Assembly (NCBI GenBank): GCA_051313645.2
Contig: JBNRSN020000024.1
Location: 54,870,001-54,934,000, forward strand
Reading direction: 5' to 3'
DNA length: 64,000 bases
From: Centroscyllium fabricii
Taxonomy: Eukaryota
The position numbers were made by a program, and so were the translations under genes. Below the pieces are notes generated by a model. That model searched no databases. It was not told where the DNA came from and saw nothing but the letters and a program-made list of their open reading frames with translations. Positions within the stretch are counted from its first letter, which is position 1. Each line of letters begins with the position of its first letter. Positions 1-10,903 of this stretch are shown one piece after another.

Positions 1-375
1 ATGCTGCTACCTGGTCTCGGAGTTTACTTTCGGCCACCAGCGAACACAACAGAGGGATATAAAACAAGGATGCTGTGTTCTGGTGTGGTGACAATTGCTG
101 GCGGGTATCAATCACCTCAGGCACAGCCTGATTTACTTGGCACCCATCTGTTATCGCTCCTGTTCTCCTTTCAGAAAGAAGAAATGTAGGGGAATTCCCA
201 GTGGGAAGGCCATTGTGGCTGCACAGCAGAGAGTAGAAAAAATGCACCACCATAGAAATAGCCACAAGGGATCTTCAAACACAACTGTGGCAACCATGAA
301 AAAAAAACAAGAGAAAACCTTCGGTGACAATCTAGCACTGTTCTACTCTCAGTCGTGGTCTCCGAACAAACACAT

Positions 376-789
376 GGGTCTGTAATTTCCGATTGGAGGC
401 TTCCTGCGTGCAGATGCCTCCTATCGGGAAAAAAATCTACACGCTTACCTGAGGTCCATACACTTCCGATGCTGTGCCTCTCCACAGTCGAAGTGTGCAG
501 GGCCCACGTATCCCAGGGTCGCAGGCAGTTCACAAGTGTCCCTGGGATCATGTGGGCCAGGCAAGCCAATAGGAGAAGGGAATCACCGTTCATACTTTTG
601 ACAAATAGACCTGTCAACTATATAAGCGGAGATCACCCCAAAAGGACACTAAAATATTAAATAATTTTCTTAAAAAACCATTGCGTTTTTAAAATGACTT
701 AAAATTACATTAAATTAAATATTTTAAACAAAAATTTAATTTTGGGAAAAAATTAATTAAAGTTTTTTATGGAGCTAAAAATAAACTTA
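376..789. mobile_element. Truncated non-autonomous TIR element, same family as 23444-25264
   Basis: Shares TTGGAGGCTTCC and the AT-rich ...GCTAAAAATAAACTTA segment with 23460 and 24905. Confidence 0.55.
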
Positions 790-1223
790 AATAATACTGG
801 TGCATATAGAAGATAGAAGCAGAAGTAGGCCATTCGGCCCTTCGAGCCTGCTCTGCCATTGAATGAGATCATGGCTGATCATCCAAACCCAGCAACCTGT
901 GTGATAACCGTTGTATGTATTGTAATTACCACCATAATATTGTATCCAATATTATCTGTACGTATAGCGGTCGGGTGCATGATGCAACTGTCCTGTGTTG
1001 CGACACTGTCGTGGGGCCAGGTCAGCCACACCTCTAACTCCTCCCCTCAGGTGAGTGCCTTATAGGTGGGGACTGACCGGCCCCCATTCATTCTGTACCT
1101 GATGTTCGATCGGAGCGTAGCTCCATTGTAAGCTAATAAAAGCCTTGAGTTAAGGTAACTACTCGTCTTTAGTTTTATTAGATTATTGACGATACGTCAA
1201 TTTTATTAGCTTAAAAATTTGAA

Positions 1224-2531
1224 ATGGAGAGCGGCGCTGTGAAACCCGAAAAGCTGGACATTAGTCCACAGGACCCAGCCGCCGCCAACACCTTCAAACA
1301 CTGGTTCGGCCTCCTGGAGGCCTACATGGATGCCGCCAAGGCTACAACCGAGAAGAACAAGCTACAGGTTCTCCGATCCAGGATCTCCAGCCAGGTATTC
1401 TCCTTCATACGTGACGCCAAAACGTACCCCGATGCGGTGGCTAAACTGAAGAAATGCTACGAGCGCCCGGTTCACTCAGTCTACGCCAGACATGTGCTCG
1501 CGACCAGACCACAACTACCGAGTGAGTCAAATGAACAGTTCGAGCAGGTGCTCCAAGCCCTGGTCCGGGTCTGTGGCTGCCAACCACGGACGGCAGAAGA
1601 GGAGGCGAACTTCCTCGTCCGGGACGCCTATGGAACAGGACTCAGGTCCGCAGAGGCCCGCCAGTGGCTGCTGGAAAAAGACTCCTTAACTCTGGAGGAG
1701 GCGAGCTCTATCTCCAACTCTGTGGAGGGCGCACGCTGCAAACTGCAGGCGTACGGCGGCCCAAACCCACAAGCCTACGACGTGTGGGCAGCCCCACAAC
1801 GGGTCGAGACCCCTACAATGGCAGCGGCAGCTGCGAAAACGCCGGCGGAGAAGAGATGCTACTTCTGCGGCCAGGGACTACACCCACGGGCGAAATGCCC
1901 AGCGAAGACCGCGACCTGCGAGAGGTGCTCCAAGAAAGGACACTACGCCAAGGCCTGCAGATCAGCCCCGGCGTCCAGCTCCAGGTACAACAGCTCTCAG
2001 GTAAGCTGCAACTGCAGCGCGACACAGCGACGGTCCGGGGGTAGAGTACAACGCCCCCGGCTCCCACCCCGAGGCGGCAGAGGCCGGCTGCACCCACGGC
2101 ACGCCAAATTCAGCCACGGCCGGCCATGCGCGACCCCCCAACGCCAGCATACCGCCCAGCGCGGCTCGCTACATGCAAATCACGGGCACCGCCAACCCAG
2201 CCACCGCGGCCCGCTGCATGCGAACCACGGGCACCGCCACCGCGTCTACAGTGGCCCGCCGCGTGCGAACCACGGGCGCCGCCATCTTGTCCGCAGCGGC
2301 CCGCCATGTGCGACCCCCCGGCACCGCCATCTTGTCTTCAGCGACCAGCCATGTGGGACTTTCCGGCGCCGCCATTTTGTCCCCAGAGGCCGGACATGTG
2401 CGAACCACGGGCGCCGCCATCTTGTGTACAGCCCCGACCAGCGGAGTGCTCACACACACACTCACACACTTCCGCCTCAGCCACCCCGAAAGTCGATCAG
2501 GCTAGGCCGCACACCCTATCAAATTCCATGA
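1224..2531 (+). pseudogene. gag: Gag of element 1 with two CCHC zinc knuckles; the ORF's 3' part runs out of frame through a tandem-repeat linker
   Basis: CYFCGQGLHPRAKC and CERCSKKGHYAKAC knuckles. N-terminus PEKLDISP...FKHW is shared with the Gags at 27856, 44218 and 53328. Confidence 0.9.
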
Positions 2532-5500
2532 TGGGGATTAAAGTCAACGGCCATGTCACGAACTGCCTGTTCGACACCGGAAGCACAGAGAGCTTCATTC
2601 ACCCCGATACAGCGCAGCGCTACGGACTGCAGATCCGGCCCACGCGCTACCAGGACTCCCTTGCTTCACAGTCCCACACCGCGGACGTCACCGGCTACTG
2701 CTCCGTCACGCTCACAGTTAAGGGCTGCGTGTACCGTAATTTTAAATTATACATTCTGAAACAGTTGTGCTCCCCAGTCTTACTCGGACTGGATTTCCAG
2801 TGCCACCTTAAGAGCTTGACAATGGAGTTCGGCGGGACCCTGCCCCCCCTCACCGTCAGTAGCCGGGACAATCCCTTCCCAAAGCAGAGCCCGGCCTGCG
2901 GCCTCTCTACCCTGAAAGTCGATCCCCCCTCACTGTTCGCCAACCTCAACCCCAACTGCAAGCCCATTGCTACCAAGAGTCAGCGTTACAGTGCAGGGGA
3001 TCGGACGTTTATCAGGTCGGAGGTCGGGCGTATGCTAAAGGAGGGGATAATTGAAGCCAGCACCAGCCCCTGGCGGGCCCAGGTTGTGGTGATTAAGACT
3101 GGCGAGAAACATCGGATGGTTATCGATTACAGCCAGACCATTAACCGCTACACCGGGCTCGATGCCTACCCCATCCCCCGCATCTCGGAAATGGTTAACC
3201 AGATCGCCCAATACAAGGTGTTCTCCACAATTGACCTTAAGTCGGCATATCACCAACTCCCGGTCCGGAAAGCCGACCGCCCGTACACCGCCTTCGAGGC
3301 GCACGGTCGGCTCTACCCACTTCCTCCGGGTCCCCTTCGGCGTGACCAATGGAGTGTCAGTGTTCCAAAGGGAGATGGATGGCATGGTTGACCAGAACGG
3401 GTTGCAGGCCACCTTCCCCTACCTGGACAACGTGACCATCTGCGGCCATGACCAGCAGGACCACGATGCCAATCTGGCCAAATTCCTCGACACGGCGAAA
3501 CGGCTAGATCTCACATACAACAAAGACAAGTGTGTCTTTAGTACAGATCGGCTCGCCATCCTCGGATACGTGGTGGAAAACGGGGTCCTCGGCCCCGACC
3601 CACAGCGTATGTGCCCCTTACAGGAACTGCCCCTTCCTCACAACCCCAAAGCCCTGAAGAGATGTCTGGGATTTTTCTCTTATTACGCACAATGGGTTCC
3701 CCAGTTCGCGGATAAGGCCAGACCATTCCTCAAGGCTGCCGTCTTCCCCCTCTCGGCAGAAGCCCACACGGTGTTCGCCCGGATCAAGGAAGATATCATC
3801 AAGGCGACCATGCACGCCGTTGATGAGTCCATCCCTTTCCAGTTGAAGAGTGACGCTTCGGACTTTGCCCTTTGTAGAAGTGTAGTTTCATATAAGTAGT
3901 TTTATAGATATATTATTATAGTAGTTTTTAAGTTTTTAAAATACATGTCAATTCTCTAACTAAACTAAAATGGAGTTTGTCATATCAGCAGTTAAACTGA
4001 CCTTGCTTAGAAAATAGAACTATATTAAAAGATGTAGACATGCCCAAAACATTTGAAAGTGGCAAGAGAAAGAAAATAATTCGATTTGCTTTTAGGCAAA
4101 ACAATACCCTCAAGAAGATTAGAGTAAGGATAATATAACTAAGAATTACAGTTATTCTCTTCTATTTGGTCATCTATAGAACCAAAGGTTAGCTTAGAAT
4201 AATAAGGCCCTGCTAGATTCTGTTTAGTCATCAGTGTATAACCTTAACTTTAAGAACATCTCTTACGCATTTCTATGTCTGCATTTACTTTAAATAATAA
4301 GTTGTGTCTCTGTACTGTATCACATGGCAGAAAAATTCTTCATTTTGTTTTGATTTTTGTGTATAAAAATACCGACTTTTAACCATGAAGTTGGAGCAGT
4401 ATTACGAAGCCGTTGTCTTCGTAGCTCCCTTTGCTAGCAAACTAACAGTTAATAAAATTTTACCTTTGACGATAAATGTTTCACAGAGTCTTTACTTTTT
4501 GAACGGTCGAGACTTCGACACCTTGCCGCCACCCTGAATCAGGCAGGCAGGCCCGTAGTGTTTTTCTCCCGCACCTTACAGGGACCCGAAATTCGCCACT
4601 CTGCAGTGGAAAAGGAGGCCCAGGCCATCGTGGTGGCCGTGCGCTACTGGCGTTATTACCTGGCCGGTAAGCGTTTTACCCTGCTCACCGACCAACGGTC
4701 GGTCGCGTTTATGTTTAACAATAAACTACGGGGTAAAATCAAGAATGATAAGATCCTGCGGTGGCGGATCGAGCTATCGACTTACGAGTACGACATTCTT
4801 TACCGACCAGGCAAACTCAATGAACCCCCGGACGCACTGTTCAGGGAAACGTGCGCCAGTGCCCAGCTAGACCGGCTGAAGGACCTCCACGATCGCCTCT
4901 GCCACCCGAGTGTCACCAGACTTGCCCACTTCATAAAATCCCGTAGCCTCCCCTACTCCATCACGGAGATCAAGGCTATGACCCGAGAGTGCCCTGTTTG
5001 CACCGAGTGCAAACCCCAATTTTTCAGGCCAGACAAGGCGCATCTCATTAAGGCCACCCGCCCCTTTGAACGTCTAAGCGTGGACTTCAAAGGCCCCCTC
5101 CCCATCACCGACCGCAACTCGTACTTCCTCACGGTCATAGACGAGTTCTCCCGTTTCCCCTTCGCCTTCCCCTGCCCAGATATGACGAGCGCAACGGTGA
5201 TCAAACACTTCACCACGCTGTTCGCCATTTTCGGTCTCCCCAGCTACATCCATAGCGACCGGGGGGCGTCGTTCATGAGCGACGAACTGCACCAGTTTCT
5301 GCTCCAGAAAGGGGTTGCCTCGAGCAGAACGACCAGTTACAACCCCCGGGGGAACAGCCAGGTAGAAAGGGAGAATGGGATCATCTGGAAGGCGGTCACC
5401 CTGGCCCTGAAGTCCAGAGGCCTTCCAGTGTCCCATTGGCAGGCTGTCCTCCCTGATGCGCTGCACTCTATACGCTCTCTGTTATGTACGGCCACCAATG

Positions 5501-6108
5501 CCACACCTCACAATCTAATTTTTTCATTCCCCAGGAAGTCGACTTCGGGGACGGCCCTTCCACCGTGGCTCATGACGCCGGGGCCGGTCTTGCTTAGGAA
5601 GCACGTCCGCGGCCATAAGACCGACCCCCTGGTAGACAAGGTGCAGCTGCTGCACGCCAACCCGCAGTACGCGTGCGTACAATTCCCGGACGGGCGCGAG
5701 GACACCGTCTCCATCAAGGACCTAGCGCCTGCCGGGAGCACCACAGCAGAGCCCCTGGTCGGGCAGCAGCCCGCCCAGCCACTATATTTCGGCCACCTCC
5801 AGCCACTACATATCGACCACTGGCCGATACACGACCCACAACCCACCGGAGGCTGGCCGCCACTACCGCGTGATTCGGAGCCCCCGCCATGGCCAGCTGA
5901 GGACCACGACTCAGATGGCTCGGACCCACCGTCACCACCAGCACCTACTGTATCGGCACCAGCGCCGCCTTCACCACCACCGGCCCCAACGTCGCCGGTG
6001 CTGCAGGAACCGGAACATTCGACAGAGACCCGGCGGTCCTCCAGACAGACGCGACCGCCGGATAAACTAATCATGAACTGCTCTGTCCATTCACCCCGCC
6101 GGACTTGA
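2126..6108 (+). pseudogene. pol: Pol of element 1 (protease, RT, RNase H, integrase), frameshifted near 3318 and interrupted by a solo LTR at 3873-4520
   Basis: Protease LFDTGS. RT IDLKSAYHQ / PFGVTNG / YLDN. RNase H SDASDFAL|AATLNQ rejoins across the insert. Integrase HHCC region and VDFKGP..IHSDRG..VER. Confidence 0.95.
3873..4520 (+). mobile_element. AT-rich solo LTR (ERV-like or Gypsy) inserted in the RNase H of element 1
   Basis: TGTAGAAGT...ACTTCGACA termini, 4-bp TSD CCTT (3869-3872 and 4521-4524), TATAAAA near 4362, AATAAA near 4451. Confidence 0.85.
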
Positions 6109-7094
6109 TTTTCAAAGAAGGGGTGAATGTGGTAACCGTTGTATGTATTGTAATTACCACCATGATATTGTATCCAATATTATCTGTCCGTATAGCGGTC
6201 GGGTGCATGATGCAACTGTCCTGTGTTGCGACACTGTCGTGGGGCCAGGTCAGCCACACCTCTAATTCCTCCCCTCAGGTGAGTGCCTTATAGGTGGGGA
6301 CTGACCGGCCCCCATTCATTCTGTACCTGATGTTCGATCGGAGCGTAGCTCCATTGTAAGCTAATAAAAGCCTTGAGTTAAGGTAACTACTCGTCTTTAG
6401 TTTTATTCGATTATTGACGATACGTCAACCTGTCCCTGACTTGTCCCCATATCCCTCGATCCCTATTGAGCCTGCACTGACACACATCCCACCCTATCTC
6501 CGTAACCCCACATATTTATTCCCCCTAACACTAAGGGTCAATTTATCCTGGCCAATCAACCTAACCCGCACATCTTTTGACTGTGGGAGGAAACCGGAGC
6601 ACCCGGAGGAAACCCACGCAGACACGAGGAGAATGTGCAAACTCCACACAGATAGTCACCTGAGGCTGGATTTGAACCCGGGTCTCCAGTGCTGTGAGGC
6701 AACAGTGCTAACCACTATGCCACCGTGCCGCCCTATTATTATAAAGGATTAGCTTTGCTACAGGACAGTCTTGGATTTAGAGCACAGCCATCGTGATGTT
6801 TAACGGTTATGATGGAGTTGGCCAGTCCCTTCAGGGCAACTGGCGCCGATAATTTCTTGTAGAAAACTAGTTTAAATAGACACATCCCAAGGCCAATTGT
6901 GGCTAATTACGGAGGAAAATTTCTGCACATTGACAGTTGCTTGTACGTCCTCTCGCTCTTGGGGGAAATACCATATTAACACAAGATGTGGTCAGAAAAA
7001 AACAGCTGGAAATGACTGGCTTTCTATTTTATTTTATCTTCTTTTGACACTTTGTGATATCTAAGGTATGGCAGATGTGTAATAGATGCAATAA

Positions 7095-7232
7095 TAGATA
7101 GAATAAGATAGCTAGATAGACAGATAGAATAAGATGGATAGATAGAATACGATAGATAGAACACGATAGATGGAATACGTTAGATAGATAGAATACGATA
7201 GATGGAATATGATAGATAGATAGATAGAATAC

Positions 7233-7266
<34 letters not shown>

Positions 7267-7367
7267 ATACGATAGATAGATAGATAGATAGAATACGATA
7301 GATAGATAGAATACGATAGATAGATAGAATACGATAGATAGAATAAGATAGATAGATAGGTAGATAT
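7095..7367. repeat. (ATAG)n / GATAGAATAC microsatellite; inverted counterpart at 19573-19668
   Basis: Direct inspection. Confidence 0.95.
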
Positions 7368-8144
7368 TGATGCCTTATCAATAACTTCAGAGACGAGAAG
7401 TTGTGGAGTGAACTAAAGGTGTCATAGGTTGGCTCATCCTCTTTAACTGGCAACTACCTTATTAGCTCTGCTTGGCAACCACCTCGTTAGCTCTACTGCT
7501 CGCACTTGATTGAACAGCCCAGAGTCACCAGTGACAATCAGGAGCTGTATTTAAACCCCTGCTTTCTACCCAGTGGTTGCCAGATCGTTTGTGCTTTCTG
7601 ACTGAGGTAACCTGTGTTTTGTTCTTAGCTCTCTTATCCTGCCTGTTCGAGATACTGACCTGCTTTCTGGAATTTGGATTTGCTTCTGCCTGACCCCATT
7701 TTGGATTTGTCGCTTTCGTGGACTGATCTGTTTTTCGTATTTGGATTCTCTTCTGCCTGACCTCTGTTTTGGGACTTGTTGCCTCCGTGAACTTTCTGCC
7801 TATATATCAACCCACTGTTACCTGTGTCTTCTACTGCCCAGAAATAAAGTAGTTTACTTCTACATATGCTGTTTCGGTGTGTTGCATTTGGGCCCAACCT
7901 ACACCCGTTACAAAAGGCTTTTATTCACTAAGACATGGACATGCCCCAGCTAGTCGACTGATCCCAGAATGATAGGGGGAGGGAGACAGTCACCTTTATA
8001 CCTGGGTCCGGGGTGGAGGAGCCACAGGTGGGGTCAGCGCGGGCATGCCCGGACAAGCTATACATGAAAGACTATGTACAAACAATGGAGGTCACACACA
8101 CAATGCATACAGGTACAAACATATATATACAGTGGTTTACCACA
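7368..8144 (-). mobile_element. Solo LTR related to the element 3 LTR, interrupted by another solo LTR
   Basis: Element-strand TGTGGTAAACC...TCA, similar to 44241-44551. Left flank GATAT; right flank GA then a gap. Confidence 0.8.
7420..7912 (+). mobile_element. Solo LTR (vertebrate Gypsy type) nested in the 7368-8144 LTR
   Basis: TGTCA...TTACA, 5-bp TSD AAAGG (7415-7419 and 7913-7917), TATTTAAA near 7548, AATAAA near 7843. Confidence 0.85.
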
Positions 8145-8146
8145 GA

Positions 8147-8754
8147 NNNNNNNNNNNNNNNNNNNNNNNNNNNNNNNNNNNNNNNNNNNNNNNNNNNNNN
8201 NNNNNNNNNNNNNNNNNNNNNNNNNNNNNNNNNNNNNNNNNNNNNNNNNNNNNNNNNNNNNNNNNNNNNNNNNNNNNNNNNNNNNNNNNNNNNNNNNNNN
8301 NNNNNNNNNNNNNNNNNNNNNNNNNNNNNNNNNNNNNNNNNNNNNNNNNNNNNNNNNNNNNNNNNNNNNNNNNNNNNNNNNNNNNNNNNNNNNNNNNNNN
8401 NNNNNNNNNNNNNNNNNNNNNNNNNNNNNNNNNNNNNNNNNNNNNNNNNNNNNNNNNNNNNNNNNNNNNNNNNNNNNNNNNNNNNNNNNNNNNNNNNNNN
8501 NNNNNNNNNNNNNNNNNNNNNNNNNNNNNNNNNNNNNNNNNNNNNNNNNNNNNNNNNNNNNNNNNNNNNNNNNNNNNNNNNNNNNNNNNNNNNNNNNNNN
8601 NNNNNNNNNNNNNNNNNNNNNNNNNNNNNNNNNNNNNNNNNNNNNNNNNNNNNNNNNNNNNNNNNNNNNNNNNNNNNNNNNNNNNNNNNNNNNNNNNNNN
8701 NNNNNNNNNNNNNNNNNNNNNNNNNNNNNNNNNNNNNNNNNNNNNNNNNNNNNN
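8147..8754. other. Assembly gap (further gaps at 19409-19572 and 19669-19798)
   Basis: N runs. Confidence 1.
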
Positions 8755-8814
8755 TTATACAGTACCATGAAAATAATCTTAATGCAGGAATCAGATGACA
8801 GTTAAGTATGTACT

Positions 8815-9207
8815 CGAGGGAAGTGCTGGGCTCAGTGAGCAGAGGCATGACACCGTGGGGGGGGGGGGGGAGCAGCGGGGGAGGCCGGGGGAGGCAGAGG
8901 GGGAAATGGCTGCCCGGCACCCTCCCCTTTAAGCAGCGCTCCCCCACTGCAGTTACGACAAGATGAAGCTGTTGTGGGCAACGCCCGCCGGAAACTCAGC
9001 TGGCACTACCCAATTGCAATCCCTGGTGTGAGAGTGGCGCTGCGTGCTCTTATGACGTCATCCCCGGCAGCGAACAGTGTGTAATATTCGGTGGGGCGCT
9101 ACCGGCTACTGCCCACGTCAGCACCCCACTGAATATCACGGGAGGCGGCAGCCCAGGCGCTAAGTGCCTTGTGCCCCATTAGCGCCCTCTTACCGAATTT
9201 CTAGGCC
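8815..9207. mobile_element. Right half of a GC-rich TIR element (family of 26127, 38613, 54714)
   Basis: GAGGGAAGTGCTGGGCTCAG matches 55048. Ends GAATTTCTAGGCC. Confidence 0.65.
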
Positions 9208-9627
9208 AAAGTGTTTTAATAAGATTGTTTACCTTTGCTTCTTCCGCCAGGCTTCATCCCTTTAGGCTACGGCGCTGCCTCATCTCACCGGCAGAGAAAG
9301 CAGAATGGCCACTGCATTCTTAAATGCAGCAGCCTTCTGCTTTCTGCTCAGGAAAGCTTTCTACATGAGTCTTGAGTACAAAGATTCACCAAAGAACAGA
9401 GCTTCTCAAAGCTGTCAAACAATAACAATTCATCTGTCAAAAATTTTTGGCAGATGAAACGTCATCCGCTTAAGTTCTCTGTCACCGGCTTCCCCTTAAT
9501 TGGCCGACTAAGCCCACTGGGCTGGCTTAACATAGCGTGGGTTGGCCAGACGTCGATGGAGGCAGGACTAAATCCCAACAAGTAGCTTTCCTGCCTCCAT
9601 CACGGCCTCATTAATAAAATCACCCCC

Positions 9628-10700
9628 ATTCTCTCCACATCAACCCTAGCCAGCCCATTCATAATTTTAAAGACTTCTATCAGGTCACCTCTAGGTCTCT
9701 TTTCTAAAGAAAAATGCCCCAACCTATTCAATCTTTCCCGATGGCTGTAACCTCTTAGTTCTGGTACCATCCTTGTAAATCTCTTTTGCACTTTCTCCCG
9801 TGCTTCTATGTCCTTTTTATAGTGTGGTGACCAAAACTGTGCACAGCACTTCAAGTGTGGCCTAACCAGGGTCCAATACATGGTTAATGGCCCTGTCACA
9901 CCTTGACGTTTTAGCCAGCGTATGCAAATTTGGCTAAAACGCTGGGTAACGTCGGATACGTTATGGGTACGTTTTGCATACGTTAAGAGCACGCTGGCAT
10001 ACGCTGGCCATAAGTTGCATACGTCGTTGTACTCCGAGTAAGTCGAGAAATTTTGAGCATGCACAAAATTTCTCGACGTACCTTGCGTATGATTCACACG
10101 TTCCGCATACGCTGGCCATACGTTGTAGGCACGTTAGGCGATCGTTGACACACGTCGACACACGTTACTTGTAAGTTAGTCATAAGTCAAAATACGTCGA
10201 GATAATGTCTAGCGTACCCGGAACTTATTTCTAACCTATGAGTAACGTGCTTTGAACCTATGTGTAACGTATCTCCAACGCATATTGACGTATTTGACGT
10301 CTTCCGGACGACCACAGAACTTATGCCCCTGTCATGCCCTGTCACACCTTGACGATTTAGCTAGCGTATGCCGACGTATCAAAATTTATCTAAAACGTCA
10401 GCGATACGCTGCCGCGCGCTATGCATACGTTAGACTATCGTTGGGCATAAGTTGTGAACGCCGACAACACGCTAAGCATTCGTTGGTATAAGTTATCTGT
10501 AACTTATCGAAACGTTCTGTGTACGTTACTAATACGTTATCCAACTCGTTATGAATACGCTATTATACGCCCAAAACTGAAAAAAACATCGATAGTTCAG
10601 CGTTTTAGCCAAATTTGCATACGCTGGCTAAAACGTCAAGGTGTGACAGGGCCATAACATAACTTCACTACTTTTTAATGCCATACCCATAGAAATAATT
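9628..10700 (-). mobile_element. CR1 LINE ORF2 3' fragment split by a MITE
   Basis: LVRPHLKCCAQFWSPHYKKDI...RGDLIEVFKIM. Confidence 0.85.
9888..10654. mobile_element. PIF/Harbinger-type MITE
   Basis: About 55-bp TIRs TGGCCCTGTCACACCTTGACGTTTTAGCCAGCG..., TAA TSD (9885-9887 and 10655-10657), extra internal TIR copy near 10336. Confidence 0.85.
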
Positions 10701-10903
10701 AAAGCGTTCAATAAAGCCAAACAGGTTGAACATTTACGGCTGCAAATGTCTTCGGAGCTGCTGCCACTCACTCCACTGCTGTAACTTAGCCAGACGTGCG
10801 GCAGAAACCTCATTTACACGTATACCAGATTTCCGTCACGCTCTCAGTGAAAGTATAGCTCAGAGGAAATTCCCAGCCTATGACTCATTGCTAAGACCAT
10901 ATT

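Larger units (their letters stand above)
900..6427 (+). mobile_element. Ty3/Gypsy (Mag-like) LTR retrotransposon, full length, inactivated (element 1)
   Basis: 300-bp LTRs at 900-1199 and 6128-6427 (TG...CA, about 5 differences). 5-bp TSD ACCTG at 895-899 and 6428-6432. PPT AAAGAAGGGGTGAA at 6114-6127. Gag-PR-RT-RH-IN order. No TGG tRNA PBS. Confidence 0.97.
808..6733 (-). mobile_element. HE1/V-SINE-type tRNA-derived SINE split by element 1 (pieces 808-899 and 6428-6733)
   Basis: V-domain (GGAGGAAACCGGAGCACCCGGAGGAAACCCACGCAGACAC on the + strand), tRNA-like head ending at 6733, CR1-derived tail at 808-894. Confidence 0.85.
787..8814 (+). repeat. Inverted duplicate of 19353-20682, now carrying nested insertions
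   Basis: 787-807, 6734-7110 and 8755-8814 match the reverse complement of 19353-20682 at roughly 90-95% by eye. Confidence 0.85.

Noticed and set aside
2044-2531. Programmed -1 frameshift between gag and pol of element 1
   Set aside because: Related elements 2 and 3 have gag and pol in one frame and no clear slippery site was seen; more likely a copy-specific indel in the repeat linker.
8013-8947. Long ORFs spanning 8.0-8.9 kb (and 19399-19998)
   Set aside because: Artefacts of N gaps translated as X.
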